A DNA stretch of 64,000 nt from Nitrospirota bacterium. Its GTDB lineage: Bacteria; Nitrospirota; UBA9217. Position 1 is the stretch's first letter. Each line of letters begins with the position of its first letter. The stretch lies in assembly GCA_963845065.1 (NCBI GenBank), contig CAWJQQ010000001.1, positions 1,056,001 through 1,120,000 on the forward strand, in the 5' to 3' direction. The position numbers were made by a program, and so were the translations under genes. Positions 51,999 through 63,883 of this stretch are shown here, piece by piece. The notes under the pieces were generated by a model. The model was not told the origin of the DNA. It did not search any database and was given only the letters and a program-made list of their open reading frames with translations.

Positions 51999-53384
51999 AT
52001 GAATGTTGCTATTGATTATCAGGCGATTCTCTCAAAAGCATTAAGCGGCGGTGGTGAATTCGCCGATATTTTTGTCGAGCGGAGCATTCCTTTCTCAATT
52101 ATATGCGAGGACGGCAAAATTGAAAAAGTCATATCCGGTTTTGATTACGGTGCAGGAGTGCGTCTCATCTTTGGACAGCGGACGGCCTATGCCTATACCA
52201 ACGAGCTGACAACCGCATCGCTTTTGGAAATCGCCGATGCAGTGAGACAAGCGGCGACGCAAGGACTACAGAGGGAGGTCCTCACCCTGACAAGAAAAAA
52301 ACCGCGAACAAATTTTTCAATCATAAAAGCGCCCCAGGATGTAGATACTTCGCGAAAAGTTGACATCGTTCTCAGGGCGAATCGTATTGCAACGAACTCT
52401 GATCGCCATATCAGGCAGGCGCAGGTATCTTACCGAGAGCATTTCCAGCAGATCCTCATCGCGAACTCCGAAGGTGTCTTAGCAGAGGATGAACGCACCT
52501 ATCTCACAGCACTTGTTCACGTTGTTGCGTCTGACGGTAATGTGGTACAAACCGGCTATGAACCGATTGGCGGCAATGTCGGAATGGAGCTTTTTGACCT
52601 CACGCCGCTCGAACAAGCCGCAGAAACGGCGGTGAAACGCGCAGTCATGATGCTTTCGGCGCGCAAAGCGCCGGCTGGAAGAATGTCAGTGGTCATATCC
52701 TCGGAGGCTGGCGGAACTATGATCCACGAAGCGGTAGGGCATGGACTCGAAGCTGACCTGGCCCAGTCAGGGCTTTCCGTGTACTCGAACCGGATGGGAG
52801 ATCGGATCGCCTCCCCGCTCGTCACGGTTTTGGATGACGCTACAATTTCCGGTAAACGCGGATCCTTCCGCTTTGACGACGAAGGTGTTGATTCAGAGAA
52901 AACAATTCTGGTGGATAAGGGTATCCTTAAAACGTTCATGTACGACCGGCTGACGGCCATGAAGGATGGAGCCCGTTCAACGGGGAATGGGAGGCGTGAA
53001 TCCTATAAACATCGACCGATCCCGCGGATGACGAATACGATGATCACACCGGGCGATACTGATCCCAGAAAGATCCTTAAGGCAACGTCAAAAGGCCTTT
53101 TTGTCAAAAAAATGGGCGGCGGACAGGTGAATACTGTGAATGGTGATTTTGTTTTCGAAGTGAGCGAAGGATACCTGATTGAAAATGGCGCAATCGGTGA
53201 GCCTGTGAGAGGAGCAACGCTGACCGGGAATGGACCGCAGGTGCTGCTGTCGATCGACAAAGTTGGGTCCGATCTGGGTTACTCCATCGGCACCTGCGGC
53301 AAAGATGGGCAGGGATCGCCGGTGAGCGATGCTCAGCCGACACTCAGGATACCGGAAATCACTGTCGGTGGAGTTGTTGTCTAA
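51999..53384 (+). CDS. tldD: TldD metalloprotease
   Basis: HEAVGHGLEAD, DDEG, GNGRRESY..PRMTNT, CGKDGQ. Confidence 0.95.
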   Translation: MNVAIDYQAILSKALSGGGEFADIFVERSIPFSIICEDGKIEKVISGFDYGAGVRLIFGQRTAYAYTNELTTASLLEIADAVRQAATQGLQREVLTLTRKKPRTNFSIIKAPQDVDTSRKVDIVLRANRIATNSDRHIRQAQVSYREHFQQILIANSEGVLAEDERTYLTALVHVVASDGNVVQTGYEPIGGNVGMELFDLTPLEQAAETAVKRAVMMLSARKAPAGRMSVVISSEAGGTMIHEAVGHGLEADLAQSGLSVYSNRMGDRIASPLVTVLDDATISGKRGSFRFDDEGVDSEKTILVDKGILKTFMYDRLTAMKDGARSTGNGRRESYKHRPIPRMTNTMITPGDTDPRKILKATSKGLFVKKMGGGQVNTVNGDFVFEVSEGYLIENGAIGEPVRGATLTGNGPQVLLSIDKVGSDLGYSIGTCGKDGQGSPVSDAQPTLRIPEITVGGVVV

Positions 53385-53499
53385 GAGAACAATAAAAACA
53401 CACGAAATATCTCATAGTCCCTGGCTCGTATAAGATTATTTCTCTGTGATGTCCATACACCCCATTCATGTTCATCAAAGATATACCGCGGGAGCAAGT

Positions 53500-53994
53500 A
53501 TGACAATTCGTGCGGCAATTATTACCATTAGCGACAAGGGTTCTGCAGGACAACGCGACGATCAAAGTGGAAAAGTCATTCGTGATATGATCACTGGTAT
53601 AGGATTTTCCGTGGATCACTACGAAATCCTTCCGGACGAGAAAGAACTCATTATCGAGTCTCTCAAGAGACTGTCAGATGCTGGGAGTATCGATCTTATC
53701 CTCACGACTGGTGGAACCGGAGTTGCCCCCCGAGACGTGACTCCAGAAGCTACGCTTGCGGTAATCAACTGTGTTTTGCCTGGAATGGCGGAGGCCATGC
53801 GCGCAGAAAGCCTCAAGAAAACTCCTCATGCCATGATTTCCCGCGCCGTGGCTGGAATCAGAAAACAGACTTTGATCGTTAACCTGCCAGGCAGTCCGAA
53901 GGCTGTCCGGGAAAATCTCGTAGTGATCCTTCCAGCGCTTTCTCACGCAGTCGAAAAAATCAAGGGAGATCCTGCCGAATGCGGCAGTTCGTAA
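53500..53994 (+). CDS. mogA: Molybdopterin adenylyltransferase MogA/MoaB
   Basis: ITISD, TTGGTG.APRDVTPEAT, NLPGSPK. Confidence 0.92.
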   Translation: MTIRAAIITISDKGSAGQRDDQSGKVIRDMITGIGFSVDHYEILPDEKELIIESLKRLSDAGSIDLILTTGGTGVAPRDVTPEATLAVINCVLPGMAEAMRAESLKKTPHAMISRAVAGIRKQTLIVNLPGSPKAVRENLVVILPALSHAVEKIKGDPAECGSS

Positions 53995-54507
53995 GCCGTT
54001 ATCCTCTGCATTGAACTCACCATCAGTCATGGAGCACGGAAATACGGTCCAGTATGATATGCTCCTCAGTAACGCCTCTAGTTGACAACCACTGCCATTT
54101 AGTATAAAATTTCAAATTATCAATCGCTAGTTCTCTTACATAAGTCGCTCTGATCTCATGCTGGAAAATCAGGACATACAAATTCGAGAAACTTACATCG
54201 TTAACCCTCCTTACTTATCCTGTAATCTCCTCCGTACTCAAACCAGGGAGAGTGATATGCACCCAGGAGAAGATGTGAGCTGGTACGATACGTAGGATTT
54301 CATCATGAAACTTAGCAAAAATTCAGTTGAATTACTGCCTCCTCTATGAATCAGAATAGGGGGAGCGGGGCGATGCGGTAGTGACCGTGTATCCGGCAAC
54401 AGCTCCTTTTGCATCCCAGAATCCCACACGCTTTAGCGGTGGGGGTGTGTTAATTTCATCTTCCCCGCACGGTGAGTTGTACGTTTCACACATGATAAGG
54501 ATAATTA

Positions 54508-55269
54508 ATGTACTGTCCACGATGCGGAAAAGAGATTGCCGAGAGCCAAGTGTTCTGCCAATACTGCGGATTGCGTCTTGTGGCCGAATCGGGCATATCC
54601 CTGTCTTCCACCGAGAGGAATAAAACAGCCTGGGAAAGCCGTGAGGAAATTGGTTTTTTCCAAGGTTTGTTCAGGACGATGAAGGATGCGCTGTTCACTC
54701 CTTCCGATTTTTTCAAAAAAATGCCTGTATCGGGCGGCCTAACCGATCCCCTATTATATGCACTCATTATCGGTATGGCTGGCCTCATGGTATATTATTT
54801 TTGGGATATGCTTCTTTACAATTCTATGCCGGACTTTATGAGTTCGGAAGTCAGAACCGCAGCAGGACGCAGCGTGGTCGAAGGTTTACGCTCACCATAT
54901 GCGGCAGTAATAACACCGTTTCTATTAATTTTCTGGCTATTTGTTTTGTCAGGCGCACTTCATCTCTTCTTACATTTGGTACGAGGAGCCCTGGCTGGTT
55001 TTGAAGCAACCTTTCGTGTTATTGCGTATGGTGTTTCGCCTTTTGTCTTCCTTATTGTTCCTTTCTGCGGAATGCCGATTGCGGTCTTGTGGATGATGAC
55101 AATCGCTATCATCGGCCTCAAAGAGGCACATGGAACAACCGGCGGTAAAGCTGCCTTTGCCGTCCTTTTTCCATTCCTCTTCTGTTGTGGGCTTTTTATC
55201 GCAGCAATGGTCCTGTTCATGGGGGCTATAGCTTCATCATTCGGGAGCATGGTGCATTTCCATCCTTGA
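54508..55269 (+). CDS. Zinc-ribbon + YIP1-like membrane protein
   Basis: CPRC..FCQYCG, PSDFF, FEATFRV, multiple TMs. Confidence 0.8.
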   Translation: MYCPRCGKEIAESQVFCQYCGLRLVAESGISLSSTERNKTAWESREEIGFFQGLFRTMKDALFTPSDFFKKMPVSGGLTDPLLYALIIGMAGLMVYYFWDMLLYNSMPDFMSSEVRTAAGRSVVEGLRSPYAAVITPFLLIFWLFVLSGALHLFLHLVRGALAGFEATFRVIAYGVSPFVFLIVPFCGMPIAVLWMMTIAIIGLKEAHGTTGGKAAFAVLFPFLFCCGLFIAAMVLFMGAIASSFGSMVHFHP

Positions 55270-55302
55270 CATCCTCACTCCCCCCCGCGCCGGAAGCCTA
55301 GG

Positions 55303-55515
55303 TGATAACGTCCAGGACATCGTTTATTCAATAAATGATCACTACATCATAGAATCACATATTTGCAACAACTTAGTCTGCTGAAGCCAAAATGATTTCT
55401 AAGTAGCATTTAAGCGGTTAAAAACGCTTATACACCATAAAGCTTGAATCATTAATAGCTTGAAAGTAAAGGATGTCATGAATGTAAAATCAGTACGATG
55501 TCCTGGACGTTGTCA
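55303..55515. mobile_element. IS481-like MITE (213 bp)
   Basis: 21-bp TIRs (TGATAACGTCCAGGACATCGT / ACGATGTCCTGGACGTTGTCA, 1 mismatch) flanked by CCTAGG on both sides; no ORF. Confidence 0.78.
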
Positions 55516-55530
55516 CCTAGGATTCCCGAA

Positions 55531-56836
55531 TCACGCTCTACTGTCAGTGAGGGCCAAAACTGGTTCTGTTTTCGGATATGGCAGAGATGTTTGCCACGTT
55601 CCCGATTCATGGGCTGATGAAACTGGCCTGGTTTTTCTCCAGACGAACCGGCTGACGGATGGCTGTGCCAGGCAGCCGCTACTCCAAGATACTGATTTGC
55701 ACCGGGAGATACCTTTAAGAATATTGCTTGCACCATTTCCATCGGCATGGATTACAACGCCGCAATGCTCACAAACATAGAAGCCACAACGCACACGACC
55801 TGTGTATCCCGAGTATTGCAGATACAGCAGGTTTGGCTCGTTTAGTGCTCCTTTTCTTCCAAAGCGTGGATGCCTTTAAGTCTGACTTTGTACATGACCA
55901 TTTTGATGATCCTATCGAATGGCCATTTATGAAGCTGTTGGTTCCCACTGTTTCCCTAATCCTTGCCTTCTCTGGTGTCCTTAAGGTCCCCCACGATGAT
56001 CGTGGAGACCTCGGTATCGCGAACAAGAGATTTGGTAAAGCTGTGGAGCAGGTGAGAGCGCTGACGAGACCGTTTTTGCTTCAAAGCACACGCTTTCCGG
56101 GATTTGCCGTTGGTCGTCTTTAACTTTTGCATTTCAAAGTGCTGCTCAAGAGCGGCCAACTCACTGTCTAAACAACGGGATGTATGCAGGCGGTCGCTGC
56201 AAGATCCTTCATGCCAAGGTCAATAACCATGGTTTCCCTGTCTCCTTTCAATCCGGGAAAAGAGATCGCGTATACCAGGGGGACAAACCACTTGCCGATA
56301 TCATGTACCAAACGACCAATCTGGATATTGTCTCCGGTTATACGGATACATTAAAGCAGTTTGACCTTCAGAAAGAGGAATTGCTTGCCGTAGATGTTTT
56401 TCGAGATGCTAAAGCGTACAGTAAAAAATCTCGGCTCCTACTTTACAGTGCTTTGTTTGAACGTAACATTGACAGTTCGGTTTTAGGTCCATACCCTGGC
56501 GGGTTGGCATTCATATCTCCATTTTCACGGAGTGCAAACCATGATTTATGTGACTGCTAAAGCTCTTCCAGGACTGCCTGAGCGCTTTGTGAATGCGATC
56601 GGCAATACCAAAAGTGGTATTCTTGTTTAAGGGCAGCATTCAGGTCCAAATATTTTGCCGGTAGCCTTCCAGATTTCCTTGGTATGCCATACGGCAGTGC
56701 TCCAGGGCTTCGTTGCAGAAAAACCAAGCAGCCAGAGGAAAAAGGGGGTGCTATCGTCAGTTACACTTGCCTTACCGACGACAGTCGTTGTTTGGGAATC
56801 TGGCTCTGTGACGGTATCGAACATTGAGGAAATCAT
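55531..56836 (-). pseudogene. tnpB: Decayed TnpB of a second IS605 clade (right end near 55266)
   Basis: HSQSAQAVLEEL, NANPPGY, IIVGDL, CEHCG..HADGNGASNIL spread over frames with stops; RE-like ...GGGAGTGAGGATGTCAA. Confidence 0.85.
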
Positions 56837-56966
56837 ATTACAAGATGAACATTTGGCAATATTTTTAAAAAACAGAGAACACTTGATTGCTTCGCGATCA
56901 GCGCATTATATTCCGGGCCCAAAGAACAAGGCTTACGGCGCGAAAGGATAGCACGCCCACTCATAA

Positions 56967-57374
56967 ATGAATGTAACTTTCAAAAAAAGATCAACCGGCC
57001 AGATTGAGTTCGGTGTCATTTACGGGAGTATGGCGCTCCTCCTTATGGGAGCAGCCAGGGTTCTTCCGATCCTTTCAATTGCTCCATCTTGTGTACTCAA
57101 AGGGTTAACTGGTATTCCTTGCCCGACCTGTGGTGCAACGCGGTCGGTGGTATATTTGTCGCAGGGTGATCTCGCAACCGCTTTTATCATGAATCCTCTT
57201 ACAGCTTTGGGATTCATAGCTGCCGTACCCTATTTTTTCTATAGCGTTATTACGCTAATATTCAATCTACCAAGAATATGTTTCATCCTCACTAGCCGTG
57301 AGAAAATAGCCGTGCAAAAAACGGCGATTATGCTTATCCTTGTCCAATGGGTCTATCTTATCTCTGCGCGTTGA
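56967..57374 (+). CDS. DUF2752-like membrane protein
   Basis: C..K.LTGIPCPTCGATRS...G...A...NP. Confidence 0.85.
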   Translation: MNVTFKKRSTGQIEFGVIYGSMALLLMGAARVLPILSIAPSCVLKGLTGIPCPTCGATRSVVYLSQGDLATAFIMNPLTALGFIAAVPYFFYSVITLIFNLPRICFILTSREKIAVQKTAIMLILVQWVYLISAR

Positions 57375-57497
57375 CCATGCTGATATCACTCCGAGTAGGC
57401 TAACCAGTCAATAATATTATTTACATTTAATTACCACTATGTTACTATTACTATCTTTTAGAATATTCTGTACTTCTAGGCAGTTAGGGAGATTAGC

Positions 57498-58445
57498 GTG
57501 AGCCGCATAGTCATAGGTGTGGACCTCGGCGGTACGAACTTAAGAACTGCACTTCTGAACACTGAAGGGGATGTTCTCGACAAGTACAAGGAGGCGACGC
57601 GCGCTTCTGACGGCTGGAAAGAAATTGTCAAACGATTGATACAAAATATTGAGCGCCAGCAGAAAATCGCTGTTCAGAAAGGGTTGTTGGTAGCTGCCGT
57701 AGGCGTGGGAGCCCCCGGCGTTATTCAGGTGGATAAAGGGATTGTGGTGAAGTCTCCCAATTTTCCGGACTGGAACAATCTTCCTCTTAAAGATGAATTG
57801 GAGAAAGTACTCAAATTGCCCGTTATGATCGAAAACGATGCTAATGCAGCCGCACTCGGTGAACAGTGGCGGGGCGCGGGTATGGGTATCGGGAGCATGA
57901 TTTTCTTGACGCTTGGCACCGGTGTAGGCGGCGGCATCGTGCTCAATAAACAAATTTGGCATGGCGCGGATGGCATGGCTGGTGAGTTGGGCCATATGAC
58001 GATTATCCCCGACGGTCGAAAATGTGGCTGCGGGAATAAAGGCTGCCTTGAGATGTATGCATCGGCGCGGGGCATCGTGCAAAGTTACCAGGATGCTTTA
58101 GACATTTCTGAGGCGGGTATTAAGTCGGAGATCACCTCGGCGCAGGTGTTCCAGGAAGCGAGCAATGGAAACGCCCGTGCAGTCAAGGTCATGCAAGGCA
58201 TGGGTCGTATACTCGGGATCGGCATTGCGAACCTGATCAATATATTTAATCCCGAAATGGTCGTCATTGGAGGCGGCGTGAAGGACGCCTGGCCGCTATT
58301 TATCGATTCGACGCGGACAGAAATCATGAAACGTGCTTTTGAGGTTCCGGCCGCTCGAACGCAAATCTTGCCGTCCAAGCTCGGTGACGATGCCGGCACG
58401 GTAGGGGCAGCTGCTACTGCACTCCAAAAGGCAGGATGGAAATGA
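57498..58445 (+). CDS. ROK-family glucokinase
   Basis: GVDLGGT, ENDANAAALGE, GTGVGGG, GELGH, CGCG..GCLE. Confidence 0.93.
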   Translation: MSRIVIGVDLGGTNLRTALLNTEGDVLDKYKEATRASDGWKEIVKRLIQNIERQQKIAVQKGLLVAAVGVGAPGVIQVDKGIVVKSPNFPDWNNLPLKDELEKVLKLPVMIENDANAAALGEQWRGAGMGIGSMIFLTLGTGVGGGIVLNKQIWHGADGMAGELGHMTIIPDGRKCGCGNKGCLEMYASARGIVQSYQDALDISEAGIKSEITSAQVFQEASNGNARAVKVMQGMGRILGIGIANLINIFNPEMVVIGGGVKDAWPLFIDSTRTEIMKRAFEVPAARTQILPSKLGDDAGTVGAAATALQKAGWK

Positions 58446-58542
58446 ATGATGAGTCGAAGAATGGGGAATCAAGACAATCAGACATAGTGGTATTTTTTTG
58501 TTTCGCTGATTCACTGGTTCACATTGTACCTTTGTAAGTATT

Positions 58543-60354
58543 ATGGCAAGTTCGAATATCAGGAATTTTTGCATCATCGCACATATTGATCACGGCAAGT
58601 CAACGCTTGCCGACAGGATTCTTGAATATACTGGCACGCTTTCGGACAGGGAAATGGCCGCAGCAGGCAGCGACCAGGTACTCGACGACATGGATCTGGA
58701 GCGTGAGCGAGGCATCACGATAAAGGCCCATGCGGTTCGACTTAAATACAAAGCATCCGATGGACAAGATTACATATTGAACCTGATAGATACGCCCGGT
58801 CATGTCGATTTTACCTATGAGGTTTCTCGCAGCATGGCTGCCTGTGAGGGTGCTCTTCTTGTGGTAGATGCCTCACAGGGTGTTGAAGCGCAAACGCTCG
58901 CCAACGCTTACCTCGCGATCGACCATGACCTCGAGATAATACCGGTTATCAATAAGATCGATCTGCCGAGCGCGAACGTAGAAGAAGTGAAACATCAGAT
59001 TGAAGACGTTGTCGGACTCGATGCATCAGGCGCCATCCCGGCAAGCGCCAAGGAAGGGATCGGCACGAAAGAGATCCTCGAGGCTGTAGTAAACAATATC
59101 CCGGCACCTGCAGGCAACATTGATGCGCCTCTGAGGGCTCTTTTGTTCGATTCTTGGTACGACACCTATCAGGGTGTAGTAATACTGGTCAGGGTCGTTG
59201 ACGGGACAGTACGGCCGAAGCAGAAGATCAAACTTAACTCAACCGGTGCGGTCTATGAAGTGCAGGCTGTCGGCGTTTTTACGCCTAAGATGCAGCCGAC
59301 ATCGGAGCTGTTGCAGGGAGATGTGGGGTGCATCATCGCCGGTATCAAGCGGATCTCGGATGCCAAGATCGGTGATACAGTCATGGATGCTGAACGACCT
59401 GCTGATGCGCCGTTGCCTGGCTATAAGGACGTAAAACCCATGGTTTTTGCTGGTATCTATCCAATGATCAGCGAAGACTATGCAAACCTGCGAGATGCCC
59501 TGGAAAAACTCCGGCTAAACGATTCCTCGTTCACTTACGAACCAGAAACGTCACTTGCTCTCGGCTTCGGTTTTCGCTGCGGGTTCCTGGGGCTTTTACA
59601 TATGGACATCGTGAAGGAGCGATTGGAACGAGAATTTAAACTGGCACTTATTCCTACGGCGCCCACAGTGGTCTACCGGGTGACGAAAAACAATGGCGAA
59701 ATCATTATGGTGGACAATCCTGCTAAGTTGCCGAATATTCAGGACATACAGCGTATCGAAGAACCTATGATCCTGGCTTCGCTTATAACTCCTGAACAAT
59801 ATGTGGGCTCGCTCATTGCATTGTGCCAGGAGCGGCGGGGCACTCAGAAAGAAATTACTTATATTACGAAAGATCGCGTGTTAATCATCTATGAACTGCC
59901 GCTCAACGAGATTGTGATGGATTTTTATGACAAGCTTAAATCCCTTACTAAGGGGTACGCATCGCTCGATTACGAGCTCTTTGGTTATGTGGAATCCGAT
60001 CTAGTAAAGCTCGACATGCTCTTAAATGGCGAACCTGTGGATGCTCTCTCGCTTATCACACACCGTGACAAGGCAGCGAACCGCGGAAGACAACTCGCTG
60101 AGAAACTTAAAGAAGTGATCCCGCGACAGCTTTACGAAGTCGTCATCCAGGCAGCGATTGGTATGAAAATTATTGCCCGCGAGACAGTGAAGGCTTTGCG
60201 CAAGGACGTCACTGCAAAGTGCTACGGGGGAGATATTACTAGAAAACGCAAACTTCTCGAAAAGCAGAAGGAAGGCAAGAAAAAAATGAAACAAGTCGGG
60301 AGCGTGGAACTTCCCCAGGAGGCGTTCCTTGCTGTACTCAAGGTGGGAGAGTAA
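58543..60354 (+). CDS. lepA: Elongation factor 4
   Basis: [35 protein letters not shown]. Confidence 0.99.
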   Translation: MASSNIRNFCIIAHIDHGKSTLADRILEYTGTLSDREMAAAGSDQVLDDMDLERERGITIKAHAVRLKYKASDGQDYILNLIDTPGHVDFTYEVSRSMAACEGALLVVDASQGVEAQTLANAYLAIDHDLEIIPVINKIDLPSANVEEVKHQIEDVVGLDASGAIPASAKEGIGTKEILEAVVNNIPAPAGNIDAPLRALLFDSWYDTYQGVVILVRVVDGTVRPKQKIKLNSTGAVYEVQAVGVFTPKMQPTSELLQGDVGCIIAGIKRISDAKIGDTVMDAERPADAPLPGYKDVKPMVFAGIYPMISEDYANLRDALEKLRLNDSSFTYEPETSLALGFGFRCGFLGLLHMDIVKERLEREFKLALIPTAPTVVYRVTKNNGEIIMVDNPAKLPNIQDIQRIEEPMILASLITPEQYVGSLIALCQERRGTQKEITYITKDRVLIIYELPLNEIVMDFYDKLKSLTKGYASLDYELFGYVESDLVKLDMLLNGEPVDALSLITHRDKAANRGRQLAEKLKEVIPRQLYEVVIQAAIGMKIIARETVKALRKDVTAKCYGGDITRKRKLLEKQKEGKKKMKQVGSVELPQEAFLAVLKVGE

Positions 60355-60470
60355 CGTGATAAAAGAGTGGAAAATGGAAGTTGGAAAATTCAGATGCCAA
60401 CTGGCGGTTTTCAACTTTCCTTTTTATATTTAACGCGCATCGCATGCATTGCGATGCTATAGGAGGCAGG

Positions 60471-61175
60471 ATGTCTGAAACACAGCAGGACGCGATTAAA
60501 AAGAAATCATTTTACAAAGAATGGGTAGAGCCGTTTTTAATCGCTGCTATCTTTGCTTTGTTCATCAGGCAATTCATTGTCGAGGCGTTCAAGATTCCGT
60601 CAGGATCTATGATTCCGACACTGGCCATTGGTGATCACCTGTTGGTCAACAAATTTGTCTATGGCCCGAGAATACCATTTATGGATACCAGGATCTTTGA
60701 CTGGAAGGAGCCGCAACGAGGCGATGTAATCGTTTTCAAGTACCCGGTGAACGAAGACAAAAATTTTATTAAACGCGTGGTCGGATTACCTGGTGATAAA
60801 ATACAAATCATCAATGGAAAATTATTTATCAACGATCAAATTGTTCCAATAAAAGCGATTGGCGATCCTGCGGATAAAAGTGTGGAGGAGGGATTGTCTT
60901 TCGGGAAACCGATGTTATATGAGGAGCAACTAGGGACTGTCATGCATACCATTCAATATCTCGTTAATCAGTCCGGGCAAAACGAAGGTCCATGGCTTGT
61001 GCCCAAGGATTCCGTATTCGTAATGGGTGACAACCGTGATAACAGTCAGGACAGCAGGTTCTGGGGTTTTGTCAGGGAAAATAAAATCCTCGGCAAGGCA
61101 TTTATTATCTACTGGTCCTGGGGTGGTGATGACCACTGGGTGCGTTGGGAACGGATTGGGACACTGATTCATTAA
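60471..61175 (+). CDS. lepB: Signal peptidase I
   Basis: IPSGSM.PTL, FIKRVVGLPGD, MGDNRDNS.DSR; GGAGG RBS. Confidence 0.97.
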   Translation: MSETQQDAIKKKSFYKEWVEPFLIAAIFALFIRQFIVEAFKIPSGSMIPTLAIGDHLLVNKFVYGPRIPFMDTRIFDWKEPQRGDVIVFKYPVNEDKNFIKRVVGLPGDKIQIINGKLFINDQIVPIKAIGDPADKSVEEGLSFGKPMLYEEQLGTVMHTIQYLVNQSGQNEGPWLVPKDSVFVMGDNRDNSQDSRFWGFVRENKILGKAFIIYWSWGGDDHWVRWERIGTLIH

Positions 61176-61193
61176 TTCGGGAAGGAATCGATT

Positions 61194-61589
61194 ATGCCCA
61201 AACTATTAGCAGAGAGAGGTGTAAGCAACTTAAAAGTCTTATTTTGGTTTTTAGTGTTATTTATCGTTGTGCATATTAGCATAAAACTGGTTCCTATGTA
61301 TATTGATACAGAACGAATGAAGGACGAAATGTCAGTAAAAGCACGATTTGCACAGACGCTCAAAGATGACGAAATTAAAATGGATCTTGAAAAAAAGGCA
61401 ATAGAGCTTGATCTTCCTCTCCGGCAGGCAGACTTCGTATTGATGAGGGACGATGATAACCACAATATGAAAATATCAGCGAAATGGGATGTAACGGTAC
61501 ATTTCTTTTTTAATATTTATCCACCTTATACAACAAAGGTATATCATTTCGAACCAGTGATTCAAGAAAATTATTTCAGACGATTCTGA
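61194..61589 (+). CDS. DUF4845-like membrane-anchored protein
   Basis: ERG + TM + PMY N-terminus; position after lepB. Confidence 0.65.
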   Translation: MPKLLAERGVSNLKVLFWFLVLFIVVHISIKLVPMYIDTERMKDEMSVKARFAQTLKDDEIKMDLEKKAIELDLPLRQADFVLMRDDDNHNMKISAKWDVTVHFFFNIYPPYTTKVYHFEPVIQENYFRRF

Positions 61590-61653
61590 GACTTATGTCG
61601 GATTAATTCAAAGGCAGATAGCGAAAAACAGCAACAGCGAAAGGCAATTGATC

Positions 61654-62535
61654 GTGATACGTAGCATGACGGGATTTGGAAGAAAAGATACGGGAGATGC
61701 TGCCGCACATTTTGTTATTGAAATACGGTCGCTTAATAACCGCTATCTTGATATCCAAGTGAAGATGCCTAGGGGCCTTGCCATGTTGGAACCCAGGGTG
61801 AAAAAGGCTGTACAGGATCGTTTTTCCCGAGGTCGGTTTGATGTATTTATTAACCGGAATGGGGAACGGGAAAAAAGCACAAAGCTTGTCGTAAATGAGG
61901 AACTGGCCGGGCAATATGTTGCAGCACTGAGAGATCTTAAATCGCGATACGGTTTAAATGGAAACATTGAACTGTCGACTGTGGCCGCTTTTCAGGACAT
62001 CGTCGTGGTTTCCGAAACGATGGAGGATCCAGAGAAGTTATGGCAGGTCTTATCAACAGGCCTATCGCAGGCACTCGAGGAACTTGATAAGATGCGGACC
62101 GAGGAGGGAGCGGCTCTGGCACAGGACATCATGGCCCGAGTCGGAACAATCGATCTTCTGGCCAGTTCAATTCTCAAGAAGGTCCCTGCATCCATAGAGT
62201 TCGCAAGAAAACGCATGACCGAGACCTTAAAAAGACTTGTGACTGAACAGCCCGATCCCATGAGACTGGCCCAGGAGATTGCGATCCTGGCAGAGAGAAC
62301 GGATGTTGCGGAGGAACTTACGCGACTCGGTAGTCATAGGAAACAATTTTGCAAGCTTATGACAGATGGAAACGCAGAGACAGTAGGCAGGAAACTTGAT
62401 TTTTTGATTCAGGAAATGGGCCGCGAAGTAAATACGATTGCCTCGAAAGCCATGGATGCTGAAATCTCAATGGATGTCGTAAATATCAAGGCAGAGCTTG
62501 AGAAAATACGTGAACAGGTGCAGAATATTGAATAG
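61654..62535 (+). CDS. yicC: YicC/YloC family endoribonuclease
   Basis: [38 protein letters not shown]. Confidence 0.95.
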   Translation: MIRSMTGFGRKDTGDAAAHFVIEIRSLNNRYLDIQVKMPRGLAMLEPRVKKAVQDRFSRGRFDVFINRNGEREKSTKLVVNEELAGQYVAALRDLKSRYGLNGNIELSTVAAFQDIVVVSETMEDPEKLWQVLSTGLSQALEELDKMRTEEGAALAQDIMARVGTIDLLASSILKKVPASIEFARKRMTETLKRLVTEQPDPMRLAQEIAILAERTDVAEELTRLGSHRKQFCKLMTDGNAETVGRKLDFLIQEMGREVNTIASKAMDAEISMDVVNIKAELEKIREQVQNIE

Positions 62536-62539
62536 TGCT

Positions 62540-62791
62540 ATGGTAAATAACCCGATCAATATTGGCTACGGCAATATGGTTATGTCAACGAAAGTCGTTG
62601 CGGTACTCTCGCCTGATTCGGCTCCCATGAGGCGCCTTCGGGAGGAGGCCAAAGAACGAAAAATGCTGATCGATGCTACCGAGGGTAGGAAAACTCGGGC
62701 TATTATCATTACCGATAGTGACCATGTGATCCTCTCTGCGGTGCAGGTAGAGACGCTGATGCAGAGATTCGCGGGAAGGAGTGACCAGTGA
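62540..62791 (+). CDS. RemA/DUF370 family protein
   Basis: [29 protein letters not shown]. Confidence 0.92.
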   Translation: MVNNPINIGYGNMVMSTKVVAVLSPDSAPMRRLREEAKERKMLIDATEGRKTRAIIITDSDHVILSAVQVETLMQRFAGRSDQ

Positions 62792-63396
62792 AGAGGACAC
62801 GGGGTTTGTTGTATGTCGTTTCCGCCCCTTCCGGCGCAGGAAAAACAAGCCTGTGTCGTGCAATCACCGATTCCCTGGAAGACCTTACCCACTCTATCTC
62901 CTATACGACGCGCAAACCGAGGAAAGGCGAGATTGACGGTCGAGACTACTATTTCGTCAGCCAGGATCGCTTTCAGGCAATGATCAATGCCGGAGACTTT
63001 GCAGAATGGGCAGAGGTTCATGCCAACCTGTATGGCACGTCACGTCGGATGCTGGATGACATGATCTCGAAACGCATCGACATTATCCTCGATATTGATA
63101 CACAGGGCGCAAAGCAGATTAAATCGAAATTTAATTCAGCTGTCTTCATTTTTATCATGCCGCCTTCGCTCGATATTCTTGAGGAACGGCTCCGCAACCG
63201 TAAGTCGGACCATGAAGATGAAATAAAAAAAAGAATGCGCAGAGCACGTGAAGAGATTAAGGATTATGCTCTTTACGATTACATCGTCGTAAACAGGGAT
63301 TTTGAACGGGCTCTCACCGAACTTCGGTCCGTTGTTATTGCCGAAAGATGCCGGAGTAAACTTGCGGACACGCAATGGATCGAAGAAATGTTCTAA
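62788..63396 (+). CDS. gmk: Guanylate kinase
   Basis: [28 protein letters not shown]. Confidence 0.97.
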   Translation: MKRTRGLLYVVSAPSGAGKTSLCRAITDSLEDLTHSISYTTRKPRKGEIDGRDYYFVSQDRFQAMINAGDFAEWAEVHANLYGTSRRMLDDMISKRIDIILDIDTQGAKQIKSKFNSAVFIFIMPPSLDILEERLRNRKSDHEDEIKKRMRRAREEIKDYALYDYIVVNRDFERALTELRSVVIAERCRSKLADTQWIEEMF

Positions 63397-63437
63397 AGTA
63401 AATAAAACTATGATACTATGTTAAGTAGGAGGAAATA

Positions 63438-63878
63438 ATGCAGAAAATAGCTCAAGACTTGATATCGCTCCCCATCGAAATGAACGATCAAATCGCCGAT
63501 ACGAAGTTTCGTCTCGTACACATTGCCTCACAGCGGGTACGGCAATTATCGGCCGGTGCCACCCCACAGGTAAATTCGCGTTCGATCAAGGATGCAACCG
63601 TTGCTCTGGAAGAAGCAATTGCACACAGTTTTAATATCCTTGTGGGTGAAGCGGCAGTGAAAGCAAAGGAAGAGTTCCGCAAGGAGGAAGAGCGGGCTAA
63701 GATTGAAGAACAGCTTTCGGCCAAAGAAGAAGAGATACGGAAAGAACTAAGTGCTTACCTATCGGAGACACAAGACGAAGAAGTGACGGGAGAGCGTCCC
63801 GAAGAGGAATCAGAACCAGACGTTGCTGATGAGGATCTGGAGGAAGCAGGCGAGGCAGTTGATGAGCCTGAGGAGTAG
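63438..63878 (+). CDS. rpoZ: RNA polymerase omega subunit with acidic C-terminal extension
   Basis: KFRLV.IA.QR.RQL..GA.P..K...VALEE; gmk-rpoZ-coaBC synteny. Confidence 0.88.
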   Translation: MQKIAQDLISLPIEMNDQIADTKFRLVHIASQRVRQLSAGATPQVNSRSIKDATVALEEAIAHSFNILVGEAAVKAKEEFRKEEERAKIEEQLSAKEEEIRKELSAYLSETQDEEVTGERPEEESEPDVADEDLEEAGEAVDEPEE

Positions 63879-63883
63879 ACGGG

